A program made the position numbers and the translations under genes. The notes under the pieces are model-generated. The model searched no databases. It had not been told where the DNA came from and saw only the letters and a program-made list of their open reading frames with translations. Of a DNA stretch of 64,000 nucleotides, positions 13,208 through 27,145 are shown in pieces (the stretch's first letter is position 1; the number at the start of each line of letters is the position of its first letter). The DNA lies in contig OX597823.1 in assembly GCA_951406725.2 (NCBI GenBank), positions 53,134,001 to 53,198,000 of the forward strand. The letters are read 5' to 3'. Origin of the DNA: Octopus vulgaris. Lineage: Eukaryota.

Positions 13208-13930
13208 ATGGTTTTGAATTTTAGCACAAGACCTGCAATTTTAGGGGAAGTGCATTAGTCAGTCATATCACCTCAGGGCTTGACAGGTATTTTGTTTTAT
13301 AGTCCCCGAAATGAATGAGAAACGTAGTTGACATCGGCGGGATTTGAACGCTTAAAGTCGAGAGATATACCGTCAAGCGTTTTGTCTGATGTGCTAACGA
13401 TTCTGCCAGCTCGCGCTTTACTCACTACTGATATGTGTCGCAAATTTTAACACAATTTTACGGGAGTTGAGCTAGTCATTTACATTGACTTTAGTATTTG
13501 AGTGGTACTTTATTTTGTCGACTTCACAAGCGATGAAAGGAAAAACTGACCTTCGCGAGATTTGAACTCGCAATGTAAAGAGTTTATCGACCCCGAAAAG
13601 ATGAAAGGTAAAGTCGACTTCGGCAGAATTAAAATTTTAAATGTTAAGAGGGAGGAAATGCTGCTCAGCATTTTTTTCGTCGTCCTAATAATTCTACCAG
13701 CTCACCGCCTTAATAATAATGGTTTCAAATTTTGACACAAGTCCAGCAAGTTCAGAGAAGGAGTAAGTTGATTACACCAACCCCAGTGCTCAATTGATAC
13801 TTATTTTATCAACCCCGAAATGATGAAAGACGAAGTCGACCTCGGTAGAATTTGAACTCAAAAGTAAAGACGAACGAAATGCTACTAAGCATTTTACCCA
13901 GCGTGCTAACGATTCTACCAGCTCGCCGCC
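13208..13930 (-). mobile_element. Cluster of ~4 SINE family A copies, opposite orientation to 11820-12570
   Basis: Repeated gatgaaagg..gtcgac..gaatttgaactc and ccagctcgccgcc ends at ~13415, 13710 and 13930. Confidence 0.85.
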
Positions 13931-13944
13931 ATCCTACTTCTGGA

Positions 13945-14793
13945 GACCTTCTGACAAATTCTCGCATATTAGAAAGCAAAATGACCCACGTTACACGACA
14001 AAAACAGTGAAGTTTGGTGGTGGGGAGCTAAGAGTTTGATGCTTTGGGGATACATAAAAAGTGATGGTTCAAGAAAGCTGGTTAAAATTGACGGTAACTT
14101 GAATAGTGCCAAATACATCCAGTTGCTGAATAGCAATTTGATACCAGACTTGGATGAAGGTGAGATTTTCAGCATAAGGGAGGTCCATGCCACAGATCGC
14201 ATGCAGCACAACAGAGTCTATCTGATGAAGGTGTTACCGTATTGAAAGATTGGTCAGCTCAGAGCCCTGACTTAAATATCATCGAGCAAGAGTGGACAGA
14301 ACTAAAAAGAAGAGTTCGTCAGAAGAAGCCACGCAACCTTAAAGAGTTGTGGGAGCTCAGCCACATAGAATGGCATCTTATATCTATGAAGATGGTGAAG
14401 GATTTGTACGCATCTCTTCCAAAGCACATTGAAGAAATTATTCAAGCTATGGGAAGTCACATGAAATAGTAACAATGAGCAGTAAATTCTTGAAATGAGC
14501 ATCATGTCATAAATCTTCATTATAGATATTTTTCTGTTTTAAGACATTGTATTTTGATTGGTTTATGTGAGGTGGCTGAACATTTTTACACGGTCATTTT
14601 TGGTGGTCGTCTCGAATCTTCCCCTCTCATTCAGAACGGCTACTACAATATATAATGATTAGGTATGGTAATGACTCCAACAGGGCCAGTGTTTCATTTG
14701 TAAAAAACGCAATGTGAAACATCTACTTATAAGTTGGCAATAAGTAGAAATTTACAATAGTTTAAAGTTGCCGAAGACTTTTGCACAGTATTA
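13945..14793 (+). mobile_element. Tc1-like DNA transposon, 3' half with decayed DDE domain (35-residue D-E spacing) and right TIR
   Basis: LMLWGYI..GNLNSAKY, frameshift, FQH(K)GGPCH...DWSAQSPDLNIIE..W; terminal gaagacttttgcacagtatta|ta resembles a Tc1 TIR end; inner repeat gaacatttttacacggt near 14580. Confidence 0.88.
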
Positions 14794-14823
14794 TATTTTT
14801 TTTGTCTGTGTATGTATGTGGAC

Positions 14824-14860
<37 letters not shown>

Positions 14861-15233
14861 GCTGCCTATTTCCTGTTATTTCACGTAGGACATTTTTGTT
14901 TACATTATGAAAATTAACTAGGGCTTAAATACGTTCGTCTCTTTGGCTGCTGGAGTTAAGTCGCTTGTTGAGGTAGAAACCCGTGTCCACAACCGTCCTC
15001 CTTCCTCAAGACAATACGCCTGTCTTTTTCTTTAATGGCACGTCAAATTCGGCGAAATCTTGAGATTATGACTTATTCTGATATAGAGCTGTTCTTAACT
15101 GAGATTTGACAATTACAACACATCCTCTGGGGACAGAGACACTTTTAATAAATCAAAAACTTGTGTTGCATAATATTTGACATAACTGCGTTTGTGTTTG
15201 TACCTGTGTGTTCACGCGCGCGTGCGTGTGTGT

Positions 15234-15411
15234 AGGCGCAGACGTAGCTGTGTGGTAAGACTTTTCAACCACATGGCTTCGGGTTCAGTCCCACTGCTTG
15301 TCACTTTAAGTAATTGTCTTCCACTATAGCTTCGGATCGACCAAGGCCTTGTGAGTGGATTTGATTGATGAGAACTTAAAGAAACCCATCATACATGCAT
15401 ATGTGTATGTA

Positions 15412-15463
<52 letters not shown>

Positions 15464-15650
15464 TCACCACCGCTTGAAAACCGATGTTGGAGTGCTTACG
15501 TTCAAGTACCTTAGGAGTTCGGCAGAGGATACCGATGGAAAAAGTACCAGGCTTAAACAAAAGTAAGTGCTGAGGTCGATTCACTATACTAAATTGTTCT
15601 TCAAGACGGTACTCCAGTATAGCCGCAGTCTAATAACTTAAATAAGTTAA
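15234..15650 (+). mobile_element. SINE family B (older copy)
   Basis: ggcgcagacgtagctgtgtggtaaga head, internal (GT)n, family tail. Confidence 0.85.
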
Positions 15651-15659
15651 AGGTTTTAT

Positions 15660-15669
15660 ATAGATAGAT

Positions 15670-15764
<95 letters not shown>

Positions 15765-15765
15765 C
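15660..15765. repeat. (GATA)n microsatellite
   Basis: Direct reading. Confidence 0.95.
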
Positions 15766-15917
15766 AGACACACACATTTATATATATACTAGCAGAATTG
15801 CCCGGCGTTGCTCGGGGCTGAATTGCTTGAAAGTACTGTTAATGATTACACTGAATTATGATGATTATTCAGGCAAATATTGATATAAGTTTACGGTGGG
15901 AGATAAGGACTTAACGA

Positions 15918-16410
15918 TCAAACGTGTGCATTGCATTGTTTTGGGGGAACCAAATTTCTGATGAGCATTATAGGGGCACCAACTTTAAGTTTGAGAAAGT
16001 GTGGTGGTAGTCCGGGGTGCTCAAAGGAATTGAGTACCTCTATTGGATAGTTGATGACGTCCTCTGGGTCAGGAGTTGTATCGATAGACTGATATACATA
16101 GACTTCCCCAGGAATGAGTTTTAGCATTTCATCATTAATATGGTGAACAGTTTTATTCCTCGGGGCCAGTATAGCCTTTTTACCAATCCAATCCATATTC
16201 TGATAATTAGCTTGTAGATCTGGGAACACTGCATCTCTGAGATCAGAAGGCGTCTTAACAATGGTACAAATGGAATCGATGGCAATATTACCATTTTCAT
16301 CCCCTGGTATTTTGCCTTCGCCAAGTGCAAGGAGGGTGTGAGGAAATGCTGCTGAAGTGATATTACGTCGCATATGAGCACGCATATTGGTGTGAAGTTT
16401 GAGAGTTACT
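15918..16410 (-). pseudogene. Helitron RepHel Pif1-type helicase fragment
   Basis: LKLHTNMRAH, LLALGEG, AILAPRN..V..IN, YQSID, YPIEVLNS..PGLPPH.LKLKVGAPIMLIRNL.PPK.CN are hallmark Helitron helicase motifs; the frame is open but only a fragment remains. Confidence 0.92.
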
Positions 16411-16632
16411 TCCCTTTATTTAAAAAAATATGCATTAAAATGGAAAAAATGATGGTAAATTATTTGTAAAATCATAGACTCATCGTAGACGCGCGCTAAT
16501 ACCCAGAAGGGCGCGATATGAATCACGACTATAAGATACCCAGTTTTGGTTAAACTGCATCGCAAAATGTGGGAGTAGTTAGGAATCTAAATCGGAGTAG
16601 ACAGACACACAATCTTTCTTTTATATATAAAT

Positions 16633-17050
16633 ATTTTCGTCCTAAAAAACTTTGTATGGATTGAATGGTTACCTCTATGGAAATATATACACGCACATTA
16701 TACATACACGTGTGTATAAATAAATATATAAATACATTTAAATATCTATATACACTTTTGGGCGATCTTTCTGTTTCTTAGAGATAACTTTAGATCTTAT
16801 TTTCGTCCTAAAAAACTTTGTATGGAGTGAATGGTTACCTCTATGGAAATATATACACACACGTTATACATACATGTGTGCATAGATGAATATATAAATA
16901 CATTTATATATCTATATACACTTTTGGGCGATCTTTGTGCTACTTAGAGATAACTTTAGATCTTATTTTCGTCCTAAAAAACTTTGTGCGGAGTGAATGG
17001 TTACGTCTATAGAAATATATACACACACATTATACATACATCTGTGTATG
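16633..17050. repeat. 166-bp tandem repeat, ~2.5 copies
   Basis: attttcgtcctaaaaaactttgt starts at 16633, 16799 and 16965. Confidence 0.95.
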
Positions 17051-17625
17051 TATAAAATCTGCCTTTTATAATAAGATATATATATATAATCGGTTTGCAG
17101 CCGTCTACTCAACATGCAGGAATTGAACACCTATTTTGTATATCTTAAACTACTTCTGACAAGAATCGACTTTCAAATAATTTTTCATTTTATTAACTAA
17201 TTTTCCGGAGGTCTTGAATTGAAACAGCTGTAAGGGATGTTTGTCAATTTTTTAATTAATAAATAGTAGTTTATTAATTACCTCTCTATTTTCTTATTAT
17301 ATATAAATATGTATATATACATCCAAATTGAGGGAATAGAGCAGGTAAAAGCCAGGTTACATATGTTTCCTAGCTAGCAGAATTTCGGAAGTAATAATTA
17401 TTCAATGAGGGGTGTTTCAGTAGCTACACATAAGGCTGAAATACTTTAATTAAATGGCGATAAAATTGTCATTAATTTATCGAACTTCAATAAGCGAAAA
17501 ACCTACAACCTTCGACGCCAATAAACTATCATTGTTCCTGAAAGTTGGTTTTTATACCTACTACGGACTGCTCGAAGCTTACTAACTTTCTACACCTAGA
17601 TCCTTGGATCTTTCAATTACATATC

Positions 17626-17783
17626 AGGCGTGGCTCTGTGGTAAGAAACTTGCTTCCCAACCACATGGCTCCGATCTCAGTCCCACTGCGAGGCACCTTG
17701 GGCAAGTGTCTTCTACTATAGCTTTGGGCTGACCAAAGCCTTGTGAGTGGATACGGTAGACGGAAACTGTGAAGAAGCCCTCG

Positions 17784-17815
<32 letters not shown>

Positions 17816-18031
17816 TTTCTTTCTGTGTGTTTGGCCACACCACCATCGCTTGACAACCGATGTAGGTGTGTTTACATCCCGTAACTTAGCGGATCGGCAA
17901 AAGACACCGATAGAATAAGTAGTAGGCTTACAAAGAATAAATCCTAGGTCGATTTCTTCGACTAAAAGCCTTCAAGTTGATGCTCCAGCATGGCCGCAGT
18001 CAAATGACTGAAACAAGTAAAAGAATAAAAG

Positions 18032-18032
<1 letters not shown>
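17626..18032 (+). mobile_element. SINE family B
   Basis: Full head-to-tail match to family B. Confidence 0.9.
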
Positions 18033-18081
<49 letters not shown>

Positions 18082-18082
<1 letters not shown>

Positions 18083-18208
18083 ACTTGTTTCAGTCATTTG
18101 ACTTCGGCCATGCTGGAGCACCGCCTTTAGTCGAGAAAATCGACCCCGGGACTTATTCTTTGTAAGCCCAGTACTTATTCTATCGGTCTCTTTTGCCGAA
18201 CCGCTAAG
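18082..18208 (-). mobile_element. SINE family B 3' fragment, tail-to-tail with the previous copy
   Basis: tacttgtttcagtcatttgac...ttttgccgaaccgctaag. Confidence 0.9.
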
Positions 18209-18257
18209 AAGAATTTTTTGCGTAATGTGTAGATATTAGAGCATTTATAGATGAAAG

Positions 18258-18309
18258 GTCTTACAGCTGTTTCTATGATATTTATTAATTATATCCCTTC
18301 ATCGGAGAC
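18258..18309 (-). ncRNA. Minimal type-I hammerhead motif, family HH-B
   Basis: Minus strand GTCT-CCGATGA-AGGGATAT..ATATCATA-GAAAC-AGCT-GT-A-AGAC; helix I GUCU/AGAC, palindromic helix III ACAGCUGU; remnant gaaacagctgtaag also at 17221. Confidence 0.6.
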
Positions 18310-18450
18310 AGTGTGAGAGGATGATTAATAGTTAAGTTAGATAGGATACAAAATAGAGAGTGAGGTGGAGGAAAGAAAATAGATGTGAGATATGTAGGGA
18401 CATTGAAGTTGTAGATCCATGTTTTAGGCAGAATGGTATATATGTAAGAT

Positions 18451-18501
<51 letters not shown>

Positions 18502-18505
<4 letters not shown>

Positions 18506-18680
18506 TAATCCAAACAAGAAAACACAGAAAAAAAACACACCAACGTGAGGACGTGGAACAATTAAAGTATTATTGACGCTCAGGAAAGAAGGGAAGGAGG
18601 GTCTAACGTTTCGAGCGGAGCTCTTCGTCGGAAGAAGGAAAGATCCCGAGAAGGGAAGATAGAGGAAAAAAATTTTTTAG
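18502..18680 (-). mobile_element. HH-A element copy with hammerhead motif at 18601-18635
   Basis: Reverse complement of 2297-2475; CCGACGAAGAGCTCCGCTCGAAACGTTAGAC. Confidence 0.75.
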
Positions 18681-18712
18681 TGGTGGTGCTCAAGAGATCA
18701 CATGTTGAACAC

Positions 18713-18779
<67 letters not shown>

Positions 18780-19344
18780 CATATGCATACACATATGTAT
18801 AACGCACGCGCACACACACACATCCACATGTTATCGCACCAAAATTCAAATATATTAGAATTTTAATACGCAATACAATGAGGCGAGCTAATGACCTGAT
18901 CTTTGGCCGGTATGAGGACAAATTAGAACGCAATTCACAGTTCGCTGTATTAGAACTCCTCATCAAGGCACAGACGTTTAAACCATGAAGGTCACAAGTC
19001 GAGTGAGAGAGATATGGAGAATGAATATGTACATATACCAGAGTATGTACATACGCTGGAAAGGCAACTCAACGTAGATAAAACATGGTAACTACACTAA
19101 AGGACCCCGGGATTATGTGTAACGGTATCAGATGATACCGTTACACATACATTCAATACCTCTAATTAGCATGGGATTCCCCAACTGCTCTTTCTGTTCC
19201 TATTAAACACATAACTGTGGTACAGATGCAGAGAGGAAAATGAAAAAAAATTTTTGCAAATATATTTCAAAATAATTAAGATAATAGGGCTGCTCACCGA
19301 AAGTGTACACACGGCCAATCTTTTAAATTTCATGGCTAGTCTCA

Positions 19345-20930
<1,586 letters not shown>

Positions 20931-21736
20931 ATACATATTATATTAATTTGTGTGTGTGAGAGTATGGGTGTGAAGGCGAAAGATGATGAACAGAACAGTG
21001 TGAAACTTGAACCGATCCGAGCTGTAAGTGCTGGTATAGCCATATTTAGCTGATGACAATCTGAGGCGGCGAAAAACTAATAACTTGACCTGACTATTTA
21101 CAATATCTGATTATATCCCCATCAAAGAATTTGTGGAGAGGAGGCTGAGACACGAAGAAACGTGGTAAAGAGTAAATATATGAATGACTTTGTGAAAAAG
21201 AAGACGGCGCAGAAAATGAGATTTAAGAAAAACAAAAAAAGAAGACAAAAAATGTCTGATTTAATTTACACACTCGGCCACTGTCTTAACGACAACTTGG
21301 AAACTAGTAGAGTAAAGTGCACTGGAAGTAGATGGAATCAGTTATATGTGGAAATCCGCTGGGAAATTTAGAGACTATTTCGTTCTTTTTCTTTGCGCAC
21401 TTGGAAGAGAATAGACATAATGTGTGATATACATCTTTAACCCTTTTGGAAAAAAATATATTCTCCCACTAAATAACAATGATAATATAGTGGTGGTTCG
21501 GTGGAATCGTTACAGCATCGGTCAAAAATGCCTTGTGGTATGATGTTTAGTCATGACGCATGATGTTCTAAGATCAAATCCCGTCTGGTTTGATTTGCTT
21601 CTGCATTCTCTTGGATGTCGATAAAATACTAAAAGCTATATCCGGCTTGACCCCACTTCTTTTCTATGTTAAACACAATTATAGTAATTGTATAATTCTT
21701 TGTATATTTGTACATACACGTATACAGAAGCTTAAT

Positions 21737-21775
<39 letters not shown>

Positions 21776-21929
21776 AAGTGTGTGTATTTATATATACTTA
21801 TAAAAGTGTTTGTGTGTGTGTGTTCCTTTTTGTTTTTATGATCAGATGTAAGTCTAATATAATGAAGAAAGGTCAATTTGTCAGAAAAAGCAAAAGAAAA
21901 TCACTACATCAGATCTAAAAGGCTATTAA

Positions 21930-22040
21930 ACAAACTGATAACTTTATACTTTTGTAGAGTACAAATTTATTGTTCTTAAACAAGAATATTATTGACAATG
22001 ACTTCGAAGTTTCGGCCAGTTAAGGAATCGTTGAACTGCG
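21930..22040 (-). mobile_element. HH-C element copy with degenerate hammerhead (21996-22038)
   Basis: Minus strand CAGT-TCAACGA..GGCC-GAAAC-TTCGAA-GT-C-ATTG; flank similar to 45860-45965. Confidence 0.5.
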
Positions 22041-22156
22041 ATGGATTAGAGTTCATATCCAAGAGGAATTCTAATGCATCGTTGTACGACGATGGTTTAA
22101 CTGGTCGAAATTTTGAAGTCAGTGTCAATAATATACTTGTTTAAAGGTGATATATA

Positions 22157-22238
<82 letters not shown>

Positions 22239-22242
22239 AATG

Positions 22243-22280
<38 letters not shown>

Positions 22281-22311
22281 AATGTATATATATATATATG
22301 TATATATATAA

Positions 22312-22355
<44 letters not shown>

Positions 22356-22357
22356 AC

Positions 22358-22405
<48 letters not shown>

Positions 22406-22421
22406 GAATATATATATGTAT

Positions 22422-22825
22422 AGGCGCAGGACTGGCTGTGTGGTAAGTAGCTTGCTAACCAACCACATGGTTCCGGGTTCAGTCCCACTGCGTGGCATCG
22501 TGGGCAAGTGTCTTCTGCTATAGCCCCGGGCCGACCAATGCCTTGTGAGTGGATTTGGTAGACGGAAACTGAAAGAAGCCTGTCGTATATATGTATATAT
22601 ATGTATATATGTGTGTTTGTGTGTGTGTGTGTGTGTTTGTCCCCCTAGCATTGCATGACAATCGATGCTGGTGTGGTTACGTCCCCGTCACTTAGCGGTT
22701 CGGCAAAAGAAACCGATAGAATAAGTACTGGGCTTACAAAGAATTAAGTCCCGGGGTCGATTTGCTCGACTAAAGGCGGTGCTCCAGCATGGCTGCAGTC
22801 AAATGACTGAAACAAGTAAAAGAGT
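22422..22825 (+). mobile_element. SINE family B (young copy)
   Basis: ggcgcagg..tggctgtgtggtaag head through gactgaaacaagtaaaaga tail. Confidence 0.92.
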
Positions 22826-22839
22826 AACAGAGTAAAAAA

Positions 22840-23404
<565 letters not shown>

Positions 23405-23879
23405 TTCAGGGTGCGTAAGATATTTGAGGACAGATTTATTTTTCCGACCAAGCGCCATCAGAACATCACACAAGGCAGTTAGCATATTCGAATTTGGTCG
23501 GAATGCAAAGAGTAAGTTTTCTAGCATTTTCAAATTTATAATTCTCGGAATATTATATTGACAAAGGAAATGAATTTTTTATCATTCTAATCCAGAAACG
23601 CGTCCATAATTAATCGAAGACTGTTTGATTTCATTATTTTCCTTCTTTTTGCCTGTGTAAGTTACAGATAGTGTTATCTGTGGAGTCATATTTTGTTGCG
23701 AATAGAAATATGTCTTTTGGCTGCTATTTCTAAATTTTTCGGTATGTGGTTAATTATTGTTATAATTATATATAAAACTTCCTGTATAAATTTTTACCGA
23801 ATATGTTTCTTTTCATACCGAAACTACTTGGTGAAATTTATAAATTATAAATTAATAATTTTTTACCCTATATCTATAA

Positions 23880-23930
<51 letters not shown>

Positions 23931-24118
23931 TGTATATATGTATCTCCCCACGAATTTTAGCTATCAATTTCGAAGCGATCAATATTTTGTGAGTGAATTT
24001 GATTGACAAAAACTGAATGGCGACCCATCGTACAAGTATTTGTGTCCTTATGTGTGTATGCACGTGCGCGTGCTTGCTCTCGCGGCGGTGAACATATATA
24101 TATATATATGTATGTATG

Positions 24119-24173
<55 letters not shown>

Positions 24174-25083
24174 GAACTAATGAGGGCGTATTTACGTTCT
24201 CGGTCGATTTGCTACGACATCCCAACGTTTTCTTGAAATCTCATCCTGCAATTTAAAAATGAAGGACATAGTCACAATATGATTATAATAACTGCAATAT
24301 TTTTCATCATATAGCTCTTTCGTTCATTGCAAACTTGTGGCAAAACGACAATAACAACAACAACAACAGCTTCACTGAATTTTCTTTCACATTTCTTCTC
24401 CCACCAATGTTTTCTTGTGTTTTCCTCGTTAAAGAAATCAGTTTGTTTCTGAGTGAGCAAGAAACCGAGACTAGAAAATAATTATATTCACTTAAATAAC
24501 ACCTTTCCCTTTTCTGGGATTTTTTTTTTTTTTTACTTTCTTCTCTTTTTCTTTTTTTTTTTTTTTTCCTGTCGCTCGATGTATGAATCACTTTGGGAAA
24601 CGTGGATCACACGAGATTATCGAAGGGGAAACGTGATGAACAAAAACGAACATAATCGTTTAGCGACTTCAAGTCTCTGGAAATGTCTTAATCAAGGCGG
24701 CATTCCTGGACCTCCGATGCAGTTACTAAACCCCATCAATGGCTTTTAATTGATTAAACTATGTGTGTGTGTGTGTGTATGCATGTATGCATATATGTAT
24801 TTGTATATATATATACATAGACATATATGTGTGTGTGTGTATGTGTGTATGTGTGTATTCCTACTGACCCCAGCTTGCAAAAACCATCTGGCGGACAGAC
24901 TACCATATTTTCACTAAAGTACTCTATACATATCAGTGTTTGCGTGTGTATGTATGTATGCATGTATGTATGAATGTATGTATATATGTATATGTACATA
25001 TGTATGTGCATATATATGTGTGCTTGTTTCATATATGCGTGTGTGTATGTACACATTTATATATGTATATAGGTTTGTGACCG

Positions 25084-25169
<86 letters not shown>

Positions 25170-25989
25170 TTACATATATATATAGATATGATAAATACAT
25201 GTATTAGTGCGTGCGTCGTGTGCATATGTGTCTGTGTGTCTGTGCGTGCGTGTGCATATGTGCGTGTATGCATGCGTGTTTTTGTATTAGTATCAAAAAG
25301 AAATACCCCATTTTTAGAGACACTGTTTCCACGATTGGCATGCACCATTAATCTCAGCAACGCAGTGATTTACCGCTTTTGTTTCTCCGCGTTTCTTTCT
25401 GAACGTCAACATATTTCGGGGGCCTATCTACATAATTCTCCGTGATTCTAAAAACGAAACCTGCTAATTTTTGTTGCATATGTTGTATTTTTCTATTTGC
25501 TTGTTATTCTGGTGTCTTTTCGTTGTTGCTTTATTTATTTATTTATTTATTTATTGCGGTTTTTAATGTCTCTATTCCGATTCCTATTTTAAACTCCCTG
25601 ATTGGTCAGAAAAACACTGTGATTTATGCTTTAAATAAACAGTCGTAAACTATAAATGTTATGGTACTTATCGTTGAGGTAAACTAAATGGCATATCCTA
25701 TATTAAACGAGAGGTTTGATTATAGATATAGAAATTCTGGCGTCACAAGTTGGCAGACATCTTGTAAAGAGTACATTTCTTCGTTTCTAGTTGTTGCTGA
25801 TGTTGTTGTTCTGGTTATTTTTATGCCCTATGAAAGAAAACTCGTTTCTTTTGAATAAATATTATATCCATAACTGTTTTATTTCGTCACAAATTCACAA
25901 ACATATATATATTCATATGCATACGAGCGCATCTATTTATCTGCGATGGTACGCTGTGTGTATGTGCGTATTGAATAGACATATACGTA

Positions 25990-26020
<31 letters not shown>

Positions 26021-26022
26021 CG

Positions 26023-26066
<44 letters not shown>

Positions 26067-26258
26067 GTATATGCAAAAAACACAAAGACGAACAGACACA
26101 CGAATATATTGCATATACAATTTCATATAGTACATATTTATTGCATACATATCATGTGTGTTTGTATTCGTGTATATGTGTGTGTAAACAATATATGTAT
26201 TCTTGTGTATGCAATGAGTGTATGTGTGTGTATATATACTGTATATATAGGCACGCAT

Positions 26259-26299
<41 letters not shown>

Positions 26300-26759
26300 T
26301 ACATACAAGAGTTAAATGTGAGCTACTATAAGTTTCTGTCTCCGATAATACATTAGAGGAAAGTGACTGAATAGCGTGACGTGCATTAACAGGCAAACAT
26401 TCTATATATATCTCTCACACGCACGCGTGCGCGCGTAGATGGATGGGTGACTGGATGGATAGGTAGATGGATAAGTTAGTAGGTAGATGGATAAGTTGGT
26501 AGGTAGATAGATAGTTATTTATCAAAACTGAAGCTGAAAGTTTGTCCCACGACTCGAAATTTTTACGCAACCTCGATCATCAGGCAAAATAACTTTGCTT
26601 AAACTGAAGATCAAAGCGACGTGAACCTTGAGTTGCGAGACAGACTCTAAGCTAGTTTTAATAAAACAATACAAAATGCTATGCTCTACAATATGCACTG
26701 AACACTTCTGTTTCAATTCATTTGACGTTAAGCTACGTATATATATATATATTGCATTT

Positions 26760-26965
26760 AATATGTGACCGCGTGTGTATCGTTGACGAATATTTTCTCC
26801 GTCTTCCCTTCCTTGGATCTTTTTGTATGTTTCTGACGAAGAGCTCCGCTCGAAACGTTAAATCCTCCTTCTTTCTTTCTTTTCCTGGGCGTCCAATAAC
26901 ACTATACTTGTTCCACGTCCTCGCGTTGTTGTGTTTTCTCTTTGTGTTTTCATGTTTGGATTAAT
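26760..26965 (+). mobile_element. HH-A element copy
   Basis: Homologous to 2297-2475; ends ttggattaat followed by (TA)n. Confidence 0.75.
26829..26863 (+). ncRNA. Minimal type-I hammerhead ribozyme with canonical CUGAcGA/GAAA core
   Basis: GTTT-CTGACGA-A-GAGC-TCC-GCTC-GAAAC-GT-T-AAAT; all core nucleotides present, GUU cleavage triplet. Confidence 0.68.
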
Positions 26966-27145
26966 TATATATATATATGTAGCAGAAGCTTGATAAATGC
27001 CAACGCACGAAAATCTTGGATCTTGAGTCACTCTGTCGCTTTTGCTAAATGTTAATAAAATATACATATACTCATATTTTGAGTTTCATTTTTTCTGTTT
27101 GCAACATCACATCCTGTATGCATATATATGTACATATATCGTCTT

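Larger units (their letters stand above)
15789..17076 (-). mobile_element. Non-autonomous compound Helitron
   Basis: 3' end on minus strand: hairpin CCCGAGCAACGCCGGG followed by CTAG|T at 15789; outer 5' end A|TCTTATTATAAAAGGCAG at 17076; inner 5'-like end A|TTTATATATAAAAG..GTCTGTCT at ~16631; internal helicase fragment. Confidence 0.85.

Noticed and set aside
14222-14232. CTGATGAAGG hammerhead-like word
   Set aside because: Lies within Tc1 transposase codons, with no closing helix or GAAAC..UH arrangement
20950-21400. Possible exon or decayed RTE fragment (ORF 21162-21371)
   Set aside because: Too degenerate to assign; multiple stops and no clear splice sites
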